The position numbers and the translations under genes were made by a program. A stretch of 64,000 nucleotides of DNA from Chiloscyllium plagiosum (taxonomy: Eukaryota), in the NCBI RefSeq assembly GCF_004010195.1, contig NC_057719.1, positions 82,985,324 through 83,049,323 of the forward strand, written 5' to 3'. Shown here in pieces: positions 35,525-49,067 of the stretch. Position 1 is the first letter of the stretch; each line of letters opens with the position of its first letter. The notes under the pieces were generated by a model. That model saw only the letters and a program-made list of their open reading frames with translations, was not told where the DNA came from and ran no database searches.

Positions 35525-35860
35525 GGCGCATGGAACTAAAACTAGGGGGCACAGCCTCAAAATACGGGAGAGGGGGGTTTAGGACTGAGCTGAGGAGGAA
35601 CTCCTTCACCCCGAGGGTTGTGTATCAGTGGAATTCCCTACCCAGTGAAGCAGTTGAGGCTAACTCGTTGAATTTTTTTTTAAGGCAAAGCTAAATAGAT
35701 TTTTGAATAGTAATGGAATTACGGGTTAAGGTGAGCGGGCGGGTAAGTGGAGCTGAAAGAGATCAGCCAGGATCTTGTTGAGTGGCAGAGCAGGTTCGGA
35801 GAAGGAGGGGGGGGGGGGGTGGTGGGGAGCAGATGGCCTACTCCTGCTCCTAGTTCTAAT
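35525..35860 (+). mobile_element. CR1 LINE 3' end
   Basis: aaaactagggggcacagcctcaaaata...gatggcctactcctgctcctagttct. Confidence 0.8.
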
Positions 35861-36572
35861 TCTAACTAGTTAATACCTTTATGAAAAGGACAGACACATT
35901 ATGGTATGGATGCATTAAGCATTGGTGAGCAGATTTTTTCAGCTTGTAATTTACCCATCTCCTGTACCTCCTCAGCAGCTCAATTTATCAAAAATAAATC
36001 CAACCGTGTCTTGAATTTTCTAACACTATCCGCCCCCACTATCTCTGTGTGCAGTCTGTTCAACACATTCACCTCCTTTTGCATCAAATACTTAAATCAC
36101 GACCATCTGTTCATCTACCTTTACATTAATCACATTGTCAAAATAGCACAAACAGGAATCTGTAGGAGCCCCCATTGTGCTTAAAGGAACACACAGAGAG
36201 AACCTGAACCTGCGCAGAAACCCCATTGCTGTGTGTACTGCTGCAGTCAGAGTTCAATAATCAATTTCTTATGTTTGCTTAATGTAGATTGTAATGATCC
36301 ACTGATGGATCACTTGGGGTGGACTGTAGTGTTACTTAACTATGACAGATCGAGCTGAACTCTAATGCAGAATTAATCAAAAGTGTAATTGTTAGATGTG
36401 GGTGGTGCTGGCATCAAAGCTAATCAAATCAATGCTTGCAAAGAAAAATGCAGAGCTAATAGGTCAGAAATAATATTTTGCTATCTTGTCATTCGCTTAT
36501 TCACTCCAGTTAAGAGCAACTTCCGGTACTCATTCAGTTGCCTCATTTAGCCTCTTGCATTGTCCTGCACCT

Positions 36573-37035
36573 CTCCCAGTGATTCTGTATGTGCCTCTCA
36601 GCTCCTCTCAATATACTGTGCAGCCTCCCAGTGATTCTGTATGTATCTCCCTGCCCTTCTCAATATACTGCACAGCCTCCCAGTGATTCTGTATGCATCT
36701 CCCTGCCCTTCTGAATACATTGCGCAGCCTCCCAGTGATTCTGTACCTCACTGCTCTTCTGAATGCACTGCACAATCTCCCAGTGATTCTGTATGTATCT
36801 TACTGCTGTCCTGAATATACTGCACAACCTCCCACTGATTCTGTGTGTATCTCCCTGTTCTTCTAAATATACTGCATAATTTCTGGGTGAATCAGTGTGA
36901 CTTTCTCTGTCTGATCTTTCCAATCTGGTCCACATCTCCCAGTAATTCTGTGTGTATCTCTCCGCTTTTCCAAGTGTGCTGCACAATCTCCCAGTATTCT
37001 GTATGTGTCCCTTGTTGCACTCCTCAATATTATAC
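36573..37035. repeat. ~52-bp tandem repeat, ~9 diverged copies
   Basis: Unit ctcccagtgattctgtatgtatctccctgcccttctcaatatactgcacagc, starting at 36573, 36625, 36677, 36729 and onward. Confidence 0.9.
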
Positions 37036-37754
37036 CCATCTTGCAGTAGTTCAATGTCTCTCTCTCTCTCTCCCTCCCTCTCTCTGTCTGCCTACTCTTC
37101 CTAATATGGTACCTTGTCAATAATTCTGTGTGAGTCTCTCTGTCTTTTTTTCTCAACGTGGTTGCTGTGTGGGGAGGTTTATGAAGGAGGGAGGGAGGTG
37201 GGTGGTGCTGGCATAATAATGGAGAAAGATCTTGTGATGGTTCCCTCTGGCTTGTTCCTGCCCCCATCCGATGGTCCCAGAGGCAGTTTGTGTTTGGTGA
37301 CATAGCAGCTCACCTGCCAGTGGTGAGAAGCCGAGTGAAGCTTTTTAAGCTGGCATTTGACAGCACGTTGCCAAGGGCAGTGTGATTCTGATGGCACGGA
37401 CCTCAGGCTGGGTCAGTGACTGGGTGGAGGTGGCTGTGTGGTGGGAGACTGTATTGTCATGGAAACGAGGCCCAGTCTGACCGGGATTGGAGCTGTTTGA
37501 CCAAGGCCATCAGCTAGCAGAGGATTATTAGAAGGAACAGCTCACATGTACTCTCCTCAATGGCTTCTGCTTCCCTCAGCCCCTTCTTGAACCTTCCCAC
37601 TCCAACCCAGCTGCACCCTCTATAGAGGCTTTCCCCTCGTCAACTCTGTCTGTGGAGCCACCAGGCCTCTAGACCTTCGGGAACAGGTCCGGAATGCTCC
37701 CTCTGGTCCAAAGGATTCAGCACCTGTGGAATTCTCCTTGTGTCCATCAGTAAT

Positions 37755-37812
37755 TGTGTGTGTGTGTGTGTGTGTGCGCGTGTGTGTGTGTGTGCGCGCG
37801 TGCGTGCGCGCA
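37755..37812. repeat. (TG)n/(CG)n alternating purine-pyrimidine microsatellite
   Basis: tgtgtg...gcgcgtgtg...gcgcgcgtgcgtgcgcgca. Confidence 0.95.
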
Positions 37813-37883
37813 CCACACTCTGTGCAAGTGAAAGTTGATGTGCTACCTTAGTAACAGTGATCTGTTTTTTTGTCTTGGTACAG

Positions 37884-37979
37884 TCGATACTTTGGGAATC
37901 AGCGACGCTTTGAAGCAGAAGTTGGAAGATATTTTCATTCATGAGAGACAGCTGGAGCTGGGGCGCACGCTGGGCAGAG
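37884..37979 (+). CDS. TYRO3: TYRO3-like exon, start of kinase domain (DTLGISDALKQKLEDIFIHERQLELGRTLGR)
   Basis: ggtacag acceptor, gtcagc donor; 96 nt. TAM motif LGISD.LK.KLED. Confidence 0.95.
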
Positions 37980-38550
37980 GTCAGCCTGTCTGTCTTTGAT
38001 CTGCTCACTCCCTCCCTCCCTCCCTCCTTCTCCTGAAAACACTGGTGGCTCCTGATGCTTCTTTGCCCCTTCAGAGGGGCTCTTCCAGGACAGAAAACTG
38101 CCACACATGAGGAGAAGGTGGCCCTTTCTGAGTCACAGGTTCAAATCCAACTCAAGCTCAGGTTGATGCTGCAGTGCGTCGGTAAGGGAGTCAGTCTCCC
38201 CTCTCTCGGGTGAACGCTCAGAACCTCATATCATTGTTTGATGAAACACGGCTGAGTTTCCTGCGATGTCCTGGCCCACCTATTGAAACAATGAAACAGA
38301 TTCCCTGCCTCATTATCATCCAGGCCCCTCTCTGGCGGCCTTGCTGGGCGCAGATTGGCTACTGGATTCCCTGCCCTAGAGCAACCTCTCGCCTCAGGAG
38401 TATTCTGAAAGTCAAAGGTGCTCCATAAATGCTTTTCTAGACTGGGCCTACACATGAAGCCACTGGGTGATGTCCCAAGCCTGCTCCTGTTTAGTACGGA
38501 CTGTGTTACTGTCTGACTTGGCAACGTGAGTTTCCATTTTTAATTTCCAG

Positions 38551-38631
38551 GGGAGTTCGGCTCTGTCAAGGAGGCTTACCTAAAGATGGAAGACGGGTCC
38601 ACACAAAGATTGGCTGTGAAAATGCTAAAAA
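38551..38631 (+). CDS. TYRO3: TYRO3-like kinase exon, Gly loop and catalytic Lys (GEFGSVKEAYLKMEDGSTQRLAVKMLK)
   Basis: tttccag acceptor, gtaagt donor; 81 nt. GxGEFG and AVK motifs. Confidence 0.96.
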
Positions 38632-39589
38632 GTAAGTGCAGCCCTTGTCCAAACTGAGGTTGCAGTGCAGTAAGAGTAGGGAAGCCTTAAGAGAACTGTT
38701 CAGGCCCAGAAGGAGACCAGGCCTGGAGTATTGTGCACACTTTTGGCCTCCCTGTCTGAGGAAGGATATTGGAAATGGTTCAGAGAAGGTTCGCTTGACT
38801 GACTATAAAAGCAAGATGCGATGTGGGCATCAATAGCTGGGTCAGCATTTATTACCCATCCCTAGTTGCCCTTGAGAAAGCGGTGGTGAGCTGCCTTCTT
38901 GAACTGCTGCAGTCCATGGTGCTGTAGGTAGATAGACCCACAATGCCCTTAGGCAGGGAATTCTGGGGTTTTGACCCAGCGACAGTGAGGGAACGGCGGT
39001 ATATTTCCATAGCAACATCTGTGTAGAGAGATGTACAGAGTTAATGTTTTGAGTCCAATATGATTCTATATTGGAACTAGAATGGTCTGGGCACCTGTCT
39101 TATGAAGGAAGGTTGGTCCTTTTTCCATTAGTGCTTAGTAATGTGATTGAAACATGGCTATTAACATTATTCTGTATACAATATGACAGGCTGGATGTTT
39201 CCCCTTATGGGAGAAACTGGAACTAGAGGGCACCGTTTAGAAATCAGTTTCTCATTTCAGACTGAGATGAGGAGAAGTTTTTGTCTGCCTCAGAGAATTG
39301 TTTGTGGCTTTCCATCCCGAGACAGAGCGGCAGAGACCAGGTCACTAAATATGCAGCAAACTTGGTTTTAACCGGCACCTTATGGACCGTCACTCTCTCA
39401 ATAAACCAGCTAATAATTATATACTCCAAATACTGCAAAGTCTATGGTAATGTTCTGTCCAGTTATTTTAGTTTTTAAATTTAATGATCTCTGTGTCAAT
39501 ATACTTGTTGTTTAATCAAAATGGACATATAAAATTTCAATTTTGAGTCAATTTCTCTTTAAATACTGTCATCTACTGGCATACCCAAG

Positions 39590-40020
39590 TAGTCGTAGAG
39601 TTATACAGACCCTTCAGTCCAACCAGTCCATCCCGAACATAATCCCGAACTAAACTGGTCCCACCTGTCTGCTCCTGGCCCATACCCCTCCAAACCTTTC
39701 CTGTTCACGTAATTATCCAAATGTCTTTTAAATGTTGTGACTGTACCCGCATTGACCATGTCCTCGGGATGTTCGTTCCACACGTGAACTGTCCTCTGTG
39801 TAAGAAATTTGCCCCTCGTGTCTTTATTCAATCTCTCTCCTCTCACCTTAAAAATGTGCCCCCGGTCTTGAAATACCCCTCCTAGGGAAGAGTCACCTAC
39901 CATTAATTCTTTCTGTACCCCTTATGATTTTATAAACGTCTATAAGGTCACCTCTCAACCTCCTCATGGTCCAGTGATAAAAGTCCAGGCTATCCCGCCT
40001 TTCTTTATAACTCAAACCTA
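39590..40020 (-). mobile_element. CR1/HER1 LINE 3' fragment
   Basis: RGHIFKVRGERLNKDTRGKFLTQRTVHVWNEHPE. Confidence 0.88.
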
Positions 40021-41019
40021 GTCTGTAGAGGGTGCGAGTGAGAAGGTTCTCTCCAGGTAAGTGTTATTTAAGGCAAAGTTGTGTTATTATTTAAGTGATT
40101 TAAATAAAGCATAACAGCGTGTGGTGTGTATTTTTACATTGATTATGTGGACCTCTCATTCACCTCTTGATATTTGATCACTCCTGGTCACAAAGGTGCT
40201 GGTTAGTAAAACGTTTGCTATGTTCAGGGCTGACTTTGACGGATCCTTTGTCATGAGGATCACTGAGGATTGGGAAGGGAGGGGAGGGGGTAGCAGCCGG
40301 CAAAGTGGAGTTGAGACCACAATCAGATCAGCCAAGATCTTGATATGACGTAACAGGGGTCCAGTGAAGAGACAGCTCTCCCCATCCACCCTCTCGATCC
40401 GTCGTCACTTGAGAAAGTCAAAGGTGAGAGAAGACCATTCGGCCCAACTGAGCCCGATGTCCCTTGCTCGAATTCTAGGTTCAGCTCTCTATCCTGGAAA
40501 ATATGAGCACGTCATCTAAAGCGATGCTCCAGTACAGTGCTGTGGGAGCACAGTGCCAACTTTGAAACCAAATAATGCCTTCTCAGTTGGACGTAAAAGT
40601 TCTTGTGACATTGTTTTTGAATAATAACAGTGCTACTGATTAATATTTATCCCTCAAACAACATTCCCTGGAAGCTATTGGAGGGAAATTTGCTGTATAC
40701 CAATTGGATGTTATGTAAAATACAATACAACAATGACAATATCATTGCTGATATCAGATATTCTTTGAACATATTCCCAATCAATTGTCCCAGCCATTTC
40801 AAAACACTTTATGCTCTATTTTCATTTGAGAGCCTAATTTCTTCCGAAGAATTGAGTAACTATATTACAAGGTTTGTATTTACCCAGGACGAGTATAACG
40901 TGATGGTTCAGCTTTAATTTATTTGGAGCCACTTGTTATGATTGCTCCCAGGTTCCCAGTAAAGGTTGTCCAGTTCTGATCATGTTTCAAATTTTAAAAA
41001 GCTTATCCAGGTGCAAGGA

Positions 41020-41280
41020 GAAAGACAGAGACATGGACAGACTCACAGACAGATAGTCAGACAGACATAGGGACAGAGAGACATATAGACACAGACAGAC
41101 GTTCAGACACAGACTGATGGACACATGGACAGAGAGAGACACACAGACACATGGACAGACAGACAGACAGGGAGCATAGACAGATGGACATCTAGGCACA
41201 TGGTGGGGGTGTGTGATACAGACACACGGATAGACAGGTACATGGACAGACAGGCGGACTAACAGACAGATGGGGCACGT
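41020..41280. repeat. Degenerate (GACA)n low-complexity tract
   Basis: acagacagacagacag, gacagagagaca and similar. Confidence 0.9.
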
Positions 41281-42284
41281 GAGGGACCCTGTATGGGACA
41301 GTTACAGATTCTGAAGATTGGTGGGACTGAAAGCTATTCACCCCCTAACTGAAGCTAACGAGGCAGAGAGATGGTCATCACCAGGGCTGGAAACCATGGT
41401 AACGTGAGAGTCGAGCTTGCAGTTGCTGAAACTGCTTAAAGAAGCTTCCGGTTGATTCACATTTCTCTTTGTTATGAAACCCAGAGCCATATCAGGGCGA
41501 AGTGGGTTAAATTATGAGAACAGATTATCTAGGCTTGTCCTACTCCAGCAGAGAAAATTCCAGGATGATCTAATCGAGGTGCTCAAGATCATAAAGGATT
41601 TGTTGGGGCCCATAGAGAGATACTATATCCTTATGTGGGGATTACCCAGAATCCCCATGGAGCACGAACCTCAAAATCAAAATCAGGGAATACTTCCTCA
41701 CACATAGGTTAAGGAATTCTAGAAATGTATTTCTCATAACCCTGATTAAACTGTGAGCCAATTGGAGACTTGCATTTAGATAGGGGTATTGAGGGATATA
41801 TGGACAAAGGTTTGATTTAGGAACATGAATAGGCCCTTTGAGTGTGCCCTAGCATTCCTCATTCCCTCCCCTGATAACCTTTCACCCCTTCACTAATCAG
41901 GAGCCTGTCTTCCTCTGCTTTTAAAAAATATTGGAAAACTTTTGCTTTCACCTCCTTTTGAGGAAGGGAGATCCAAAGGTTCACAACAGACTGAGAAAAT
42001 AAATTTCTCCTTGCCTCTTATCTGAAATGTGCGTTTTGAAACACTGACTCCTAATTTTAGATTCTTCCATGAGAGGAACCACTCTCCCACATCCACACTG
42101 TCAAGATTACTCATGTGTCAATCAAATCACCTCTTCCTCTACCAAACAAGCCCAGTCTGTCCAAACCTGCCCAGTCCAGGAATTAGTCTTGTAAACCTCC
42201 CCTGAATGGCTTCTAATGCATTTACGCCTTCCTTAACTAAGGAGTAAATATCACCAATCTGTCCTAGTCCATTCACGTTAACAC

Positions 42285-42940
42285 TACAGTCAAGAAAGCA
42301 CATCAACGCCTCGACTTTCTCAGGAGGCTAAAGAAATTGGCATGTCCACAAGGACTCTAACCAATTTTTATAGATGCATCACAGAAAGCATTGTACCCAG
42401 CTGCATCACGTCTTAGTGTGGCAACTGCTCTGCCCAGGACTGCAAGAGATTACAGAGAGAGCTGTGAACGCAGTCCAGTCCATCACAAAAACCTGGCTTC
42501 ATTCCGTTGACTCCACCTCCAGTTCGCGGCCTTGGGAAAGCAGCCAACATAATCAGCCTCCCGCCCTGGTTATACTCTCGAAGATTGCGCCTTAAGTATC
42601 AACTTGTAAGCTTTCCACTCTACACATTTGAGTACATGTGACAATAAAGCTAGTTCAATTCAATTCCACCCTCTTCCATCGGTCAGGAAACACACAAGTT
42701 TGAAAACAGGTACCAACAGATTCAAGAACAGCTTCTTCCCCGCTGTTATCAGACTTATGAATGGACTTCTCATACACTAGCACTGATCTTTCTCTGTACC
42801 TTTTCTGTCGCTGTAGCACTGTATTCTGCATTCTGTTCTAATGTACTTACGTAAGCTATGATTTGTCTGGATAGCGGGCAAAACAGTACTTTTTACTGTA
42901 TCGCTGTACATGTGGCAATATGAAATCAATTCAAATCAAA
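42285..42940 (+). mobile_element. Rex1/Babar-like LINE 3' portion
   Basis: VKKAHQRLDFLRRLKK..MSTRTLTNFYRCITESI and RFKNSFFPAVIRL. Confidence 0.8.
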
Positions 42941-43164
42941 GCTTTACACAGTACTTCAGAAGCAGTCTCACCACCACTCTATTACATTAGCGTAACCTCC
43001 CCAAGCTTAGACTTTTGTATCAAAGGGTATGGATTGCAGGTGGGTAAACGGAGTTAGGCTACATGTTAGTTTTGGTCAACTTGACTTGCAGAGCTGGTAC
43101 TTGGATTGTATTGTTTGTTTCTCACGCCTGTTCCAATGTTACTGGATCTTTGTCCCTCTCTTAG

Positions 43165-43257
43165 CTGAAATCAATGCGTCTGGAGATATCGAGGAGTTCC
43201 TGCGCGAGGCAGCCTGCATGAAGGAATTCAATCACCCAAATGTCATTAAGGTGATTG
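43165..43257 (+). CDS. TYRO3: TYRO3-like kinase exon, alphaC helix ([30 protein letters not shown])
   Basis: ctctcttag acceptor, gtgagt donor; 93 nt. [15 protein letters not shown] is TYRO3-typical. Confidence 0.97.
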
Positions 43258-45054
43258 GTGAGTGTTGCACAGGCTGGTTTATTTACAGAGTTGTCTGGGA
43301 AGTGGTGGTGGGGTGCGGGATGCAAAATGGGGACAGGGCACACGTCTGACTCCAGACCCGAAATTCAAATCTTGTAGCTCAGGTTCCCGGAGGTTTTGAT
43401 TCTGGAATAACTGCACAGAGGCTGGTTCCCGTCACCAAGTCACTCTTCCTTTACTTGTGCGCAGTACACTCAGAGTTAGTCCTCAACTGAGGAGACTGTA
43501 ATCTCCTGGTTATATTGGTCAGCTAAGGCTTTGCTGATTGGCCCAGGTTAAAAAACCCAAGTCAGTCTGATTCCAATCATGACAGTTTCCATCGCTTTGA
43601 GCTCTTGTAGCACAGTGGTAGTGCCCCTACTTCTGAGCCAGGAGGCCCTGGTTCAAGTCCAGCCTGGTCCAGAGATGTGCACAGTAATACATATCTGAGC
43701 AGGTTGACTAGAAAATATCTACTGGGAGACCAGGTTGGAAGACCCATTGGAGAATAGTGCCACCTGGTGTTCAGTTCCTTGACCTGGTGTTCAGTTCAGC
43801 CTTCAGGTCCCAGCTAGGGCCCTCCCAGGAGGTTTCATCACATGACCTCCCGCCTCTACCCAGCCGGTTGTCCTCCCAATCCCGTCCTGGGTGTCTGGAG
43901 ATGTCTGAACTTGGGAGTGCAGTTACTTTCCATACCGGTTAGGAAGCGTCTCACTTGGTATCACCCAACGGAATGATTCAGTCAAACTGCCAACATCGAA
44001 GCTCTCAAAGGAAATGGAAGTGACCCGTTTCCCCCTGGCCTTTGCTACCTGCAGAGGTCAGTGACTGGAGAGCCCAGGTCACCCCTGGAGGGGTTCAGCA
44101 TAGACACCTAATGGGCTGAAATACATTTCATGGGGAAGAGAGTTCCAACGATTCCTGGCCCATTGAAAGAGTACTACATCTCCTTATCTCTATCTTAATT
44201 TGGTGACCGTTTCCACATGTTATGCCATCACTGATAATGCAGTCTAGCACATGGACATAACACTTACCAACACCTTATACTATACCTCCTTCCCCAGTCT
44301 TTCTCTCTATCCCTTCACTATACATCAGCATCTGGCATCCTTTCAGACTGTACATTCCAGATGATAGTTACTCGCTACCTGAAGGAATTCTCTCATCTCC
44401 CCTCTGGTTGTTTTCAGTCTGTGTCCTCTGGGACTGACTCTGCCACTGGAACATTTTCTCCTTGTTTAATCCCTCTTACTTTTGAAAGAGAACAGTTCCA
44501 GCTTGTCCAGTCTCTCCATGGAGAGCTGAATTCTCTCATTCCCTGCTGTAGTGTAATGGGTTTGGAAGGGTTAATGGCTGGTCCAGTGTAAGAAACACCT
44601 CCCAGTGTGACAGATTGTTAGAGAGAGAGAGAGAGAGAGAGAGAAACAGCATGCCTTCTGTAGGGTCCGTCATATTTTGGTGAAGATCTATGTAGTTATT
44701 GAGTATAAAATACACTAGTCAGTGTGCACATCTATCGAAGACTCGGTCACCACTTCTAGTTAGATCAACCAAACATACAACACTTGATTCTCCAAGAGTG
44801 GCTAGCCTGTGGAATTCTCTGCCACAAAGTTTGGTCGAGGCCAAAACGTTTGAGTGCTTTCAAGAAGGAGTTAGATCTAGTTTTTAATTTATTGTTTAAA
44901 TTCATTGATGGGATGATGGTGTCGCTGGCTAGGCCCAGCATTTACTGCCCATCCCTAATTACCCCAGAGGGCAGTTAAGAGTCAACCACACTGCTGTGGG
45001 TCTGGAGTCACATGTAGGCCAGACCAGGTAAGAATGGCAGTTTCCTTCTCTTAT

Positions 45055-45357
45055 GGGCAGCACGGTGGCTCAGTGGTTAGCACTGCTGCCTCACAGCGCC
45101 AGGATCGGGTATGATTCTATCCTCAGGCGACCGTCTGTGTGGAGTTTACCCATTTTCCCAGTGTCTGCGTGGGTTTCCTCTGGGTGCTCCGGTTTCCTCC
45201 CACAGTCCAAAGATGTGCAGGTTTGGTGAAATTGCCCATAATGTTAGGTGTATTAGTCAGAGGGAAATGGTTCTGGGTGGGTGACTCTTCAGAGGGTCGG
45301 TGTGGACTTGTTGGGTCAAAGGGCCTGTTTCCACACTCTAGGGAATCTAATCTAAAT
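45055..45357 (+). mobile_element. V-SINE (HE1-like) nested in another SINE
   Basis: gggcagcacggtggctcagtggttagcactgctgcc...ggaatctaatcta. Confidence 0.9.
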
Positions 45358-45767
45358 GACATTGGTGAACTAGATGGGTCGTTCTGACAACCAGTAATGG
45401 ATTTGTGGCTATCATTAGACTCTTAATTCCAGATTTTATTTTGTGTGGGGAGAAAGCAGGAACATGCAACTGAGTTGGATGATCAGCCAGGGTCATATTG
45501 AACAGCACAGCAGGCTGAATGGTCAACTCCTGCTGCTATTAACATCTGAGTGTGGTGCCCAGAAGTGAACACAGTAGCCCAGCCAAGGCTTAATCAGTGA
45601 TTTATAAAAGGTTCAGCCTGACACCTTTGCTCGTTTTAATATGGCTGGATGGATAAAGCTGAGAATCAGTTTTCTTAACTGGCATTGGCGTCCAAGTATC
45701 ATGTAACATAGCGTCTTCAGGTGCTGAAGTGTAACCAACCCCTCCAGATTACCTTTCTCTTTCCCAG

Positions 45768-45889
45768 GAGTGAGCCTCCAGAGTCGAGCCCATCGCCGGC
45801 TTCCCGTCCCCATGGTCTTGCTGCCCTTCATGAAACACGGAGACCTTCGCACCTACCTTGTACTGTCCCGGCTTGGAGACCAGCCAGTG
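45768..45889 (+). CDS. TYRO3: TYRO3-like kinase exon, hinge (VSLQSRAHRRLPVPMVLLPFMKHGDLRTYLVLSRLGDQPV)
   Basis: ttcccag acceptor, gtaagt donor; 122 nt. TAM hinge LPFMKHGDL. Confidence 0.97.
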
Positions 45890-48800
45890 GTAAGTCAGAC
45901 TCACTTCGGAAACTCCCGAGTGGCCAACGCGATGGCCTACCCCGTTACTGATTTGCCCGCGAGATTAAAGAAGGGTTACTCTGCTCAGTGAAGGCCCAGG
46001 GCTTGAAGTGACTGTGTGCTGTACACTCCACCCTGGCCTGCTCCCAGTCCGCAGACCCCAAACTGTTGAGCTGAACCGTTGGCTTCAGTAAGCCCTGATG
46101 CTAAAAGGGGCAGCTGACTGCTGACCCCACACCCGTGTCCCTCCCCCCCCCCCCGGCAGGGAATATGGATAGGGAGCCCTCAGGCTCGATTATGCCGCCT
46201 CCTGCAGTGGAATAGTGAGCTGTCACTCCGCATACACGTGGCTAACCATAGAGATGAGGAGCAGTAAAGTTTTGCCTCAGTGAGTACTGACAAGATAACA
46301 ATATTTGTCCCAAATGCCGACCTCAAACTAGTAGCCACTGACGGCAGATTCCCCTCGATTACAGGGAATTCATTCCAATAATATTCCTCTTCAAGTGAAC
46401 ATCACGAGTGGCAGGCTGTGGGTGAATCCTCCCAGTGGCGTGGATTCCCTCACCCCATTTGTCTTGGAGAAGTATGTTCTGGATTCTGATACCACTGAGA
46501 GCGTCCAGTGAGCTACAGAGTGGTATCACACCCGGGCTGCTTAAAGGGGCAGCTTCTGCAAGATGAAGCAATCGGGAAAATCCCTTGTCTATCGGCAACC
46601 ATAACCATGTTGCTGAACATTGTTGGTAAGGTGTGCCTTTGGCATGTTGCCATGGAGACTCTCATGGCACTAAGCTCCTCTCCTCTTGAAACATTACGAA
46701 GCCCCAGCTTGATTTTTTTATGATGATGTTTTTGGAGGGTGAAGCTGGGTTTGGTGGTATCAACGGTTGAGCGAGTCCAGTAAAACAGATTGACTTTGGG
46801 CCCGTCTTGTGCTCATGGTGAAGACAGTTTGCCCCTATTCAATCGTATACATTATCCCCTTAATAGGGAACTCATTTTTAAGTCTGTGTTGGACATAGAT
46901 GTCTGCTTTCGTTTGAGCTGTTTTAGTGAATTCACATTGTTGCTGTTGTAAATGTCACTTGGACGACTGCTTCCTGCGATTCTGGTCATCAGTTCACTTG
47001 GGAACATGTATGGAACTTCTGTGTAACTCTGTTTGTGACATACTTATCTGTGTCCCACCTTGCGATACTGTCTTACTCTCCCTGTCTTCATTGCTGATCC
47101 CTCTTTCTCACTCTCTACTTTGTGTCCTTGGCGATTTTATTCTCTCTGCTGTTTTTAACAATAAAAATTGATCGCGCCTGCATTACCTTTCTGTACCTTA
47201 GTTGGAATTGTCTCTGTTTCTTCCCATTTGTGCCCACCTACTGATGTGTCTGTCTCTTAATCTGTCTCTTTCTGTGCCCTAGTTCTTGACATGAGTCCAT
47301 GTTTCTCTCTGTCTCCTCTTTTAAACTTCAAAACTAATGAGTTGAAGGTCGTTGCCTTGATGCCTCTGCAGCTGCTGATTTGCTCAACCATCCCCTCACC
47401 CCTTCACAGGTCTTCTCTTCCATCTTTGTCAGTTTCCTTGGTGTGGCAGCCATCTTTGCTCCCGCCAGTCCATGGGGCACAAACCCGGGTATCGTCTAGT
47501 CCACAAGTGTTTTCTCCTTCAATTTCCTGTCCTGCCCAAATTTGATCCGGGCTTTGATGGCCTCTGTCAAATGCAGATCAGTGCATTGGGTGGTAATTCA
47601 TGGAGTTGACGGGCATTTCACCAGGACAGCTCCATCTTGCCTCGTTTTCGCAGGTCCCCATTGGTGACCCTTTGCCTGGGTGATGAAATCCCACTGCGGT
47701 GCCCCCTTCAGGAACTGCAGGTCATTGCGGGAACACCCATGACTGCTGTCAGCTTTGCAACCAGAGGAGACTCAGGATAGCCAAGGAACCTGAGCCTCCG
47801 TCGTGTAAGGGTGGGACAGGGTTTACGGGAGATGGGATGGGAGTCATTGGCAAGGGCAGGGGCATGGCTCCACCATTTCCTTGATAAACCCTGGTTGTGG
47901 TTTGCTTTTCAGTCTCCCTTCATTGTGATGTTCCTCTGGTTGAGAATTAGGCAGGCTGACTATGGGCCTGGAGGTAGGGTCTCTCACTGGAGTAAAATAA
48001 TGCTCTTTCCATCTTCAAGGAAGGGTAATAAATTCTGCCTGTTATCCCTGAGAGGTTACTGTGTTCTTTTCTTCATCTTGGCTTGCACAAATCTTTCTGC
48101 CCCACTCCATTGTGGCGGGAAGTGTAAGGAGTTTCCCTGTTACCAAGTCGTGGATTATCCATTCCACTGTTTACCCTCTTCCTCCCCCAGCCAAGCATCT
48201 GCCCTGAGCAGATTGTGCACATCACTTTACCTCCTTCTTGTCTTCCCCGTGCATCCTTATCTCCTCTCTGCCTGGTGCGGACCCGATGGCCCCGTTTTTC
48301 ACCATGACGATTCTGTAACTTGGCCCGAGCCCACCTTAGCCTTCACCCATTTGCTGGCGCGGGTACCTATGAACCTCTGACCTCCCAATGTTTTCCAGAG
48401 CAACCTTGCCTACCCCACCCGACATCACCTTCGGCCTGTCCGATTCTTTGCTGCCCGTCTGCCATTCCTGTCCCACTAACCATCAGCCCCTGTTCTCCCA
48501 AGACCAGGGACAACTCTCCATCTTTCATTTCAATCCCTTCAGTCATTTTTTTTTGCTTCTTCCTGCCAGCCTACCATCCCATAGTCTCTTGTTCTCAGTC
48601 TTCGCATGTGTCCTTCACTCATGTCCTTTAGGGGAGGAAACTGCCATCCTTACCCTGGTCTGGCCTACATGTGACTCCAGACCCATGGCAACATGGTCAA
48701 CACCTCTGAGGCAATTAAGGATGGGCAATGCTGGCTGACATGAATACAAAAGTTATTGAATTGGCAGCAAAGTGCTTTAAGACATCCTGTGGTCATGAAA

Positions 48801-48957
48801 CACGTATGTAAATGCAACACTTTTAATTTTGTTCAATCATCGCTTTCTAAAGCACCTCAGGATATCTCATCCTATTTGCTCCCTTGTCCCTGGGAGGTTT
48901 TGATTTGTGTTTCCATCTTCCCAGTTGTTGATATTCTTTCTTGCTGTCTCTCTCTAG

Positions 48958-49067
48958 GACATCCCCGTACCAATCCTCCTGAACTTTATGATTGACATTG
49001 TGAAAGGGATGGAGTATCTCAGCAACAAGAACTTTGTCCACAGGGACCTGGCCACACGCAACTGCAT
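48958..49067 (+). CDS. TYRO3: TYRO3-like kinase exon, catalytic loop ([37 protein letters not shown])
   Basis: ctctctag acceptor, gtacgt donor; 110 nt. HRDL.RN catalytic loop. Confidence 0.97.

Noticed and set aside
43400..43585. Possible solo LTR (minus-strand CCAAT/TATA/polyA-like order)
   Set aside because: Could not define TG..CA ends or a TSD.
47600..47900. Possible Harbinger transposase relic (GNTHD...GKGRG)
   Set aside because: Only a faint motif resemblance, with no TIRs or TSD identified; needs an HMM search.
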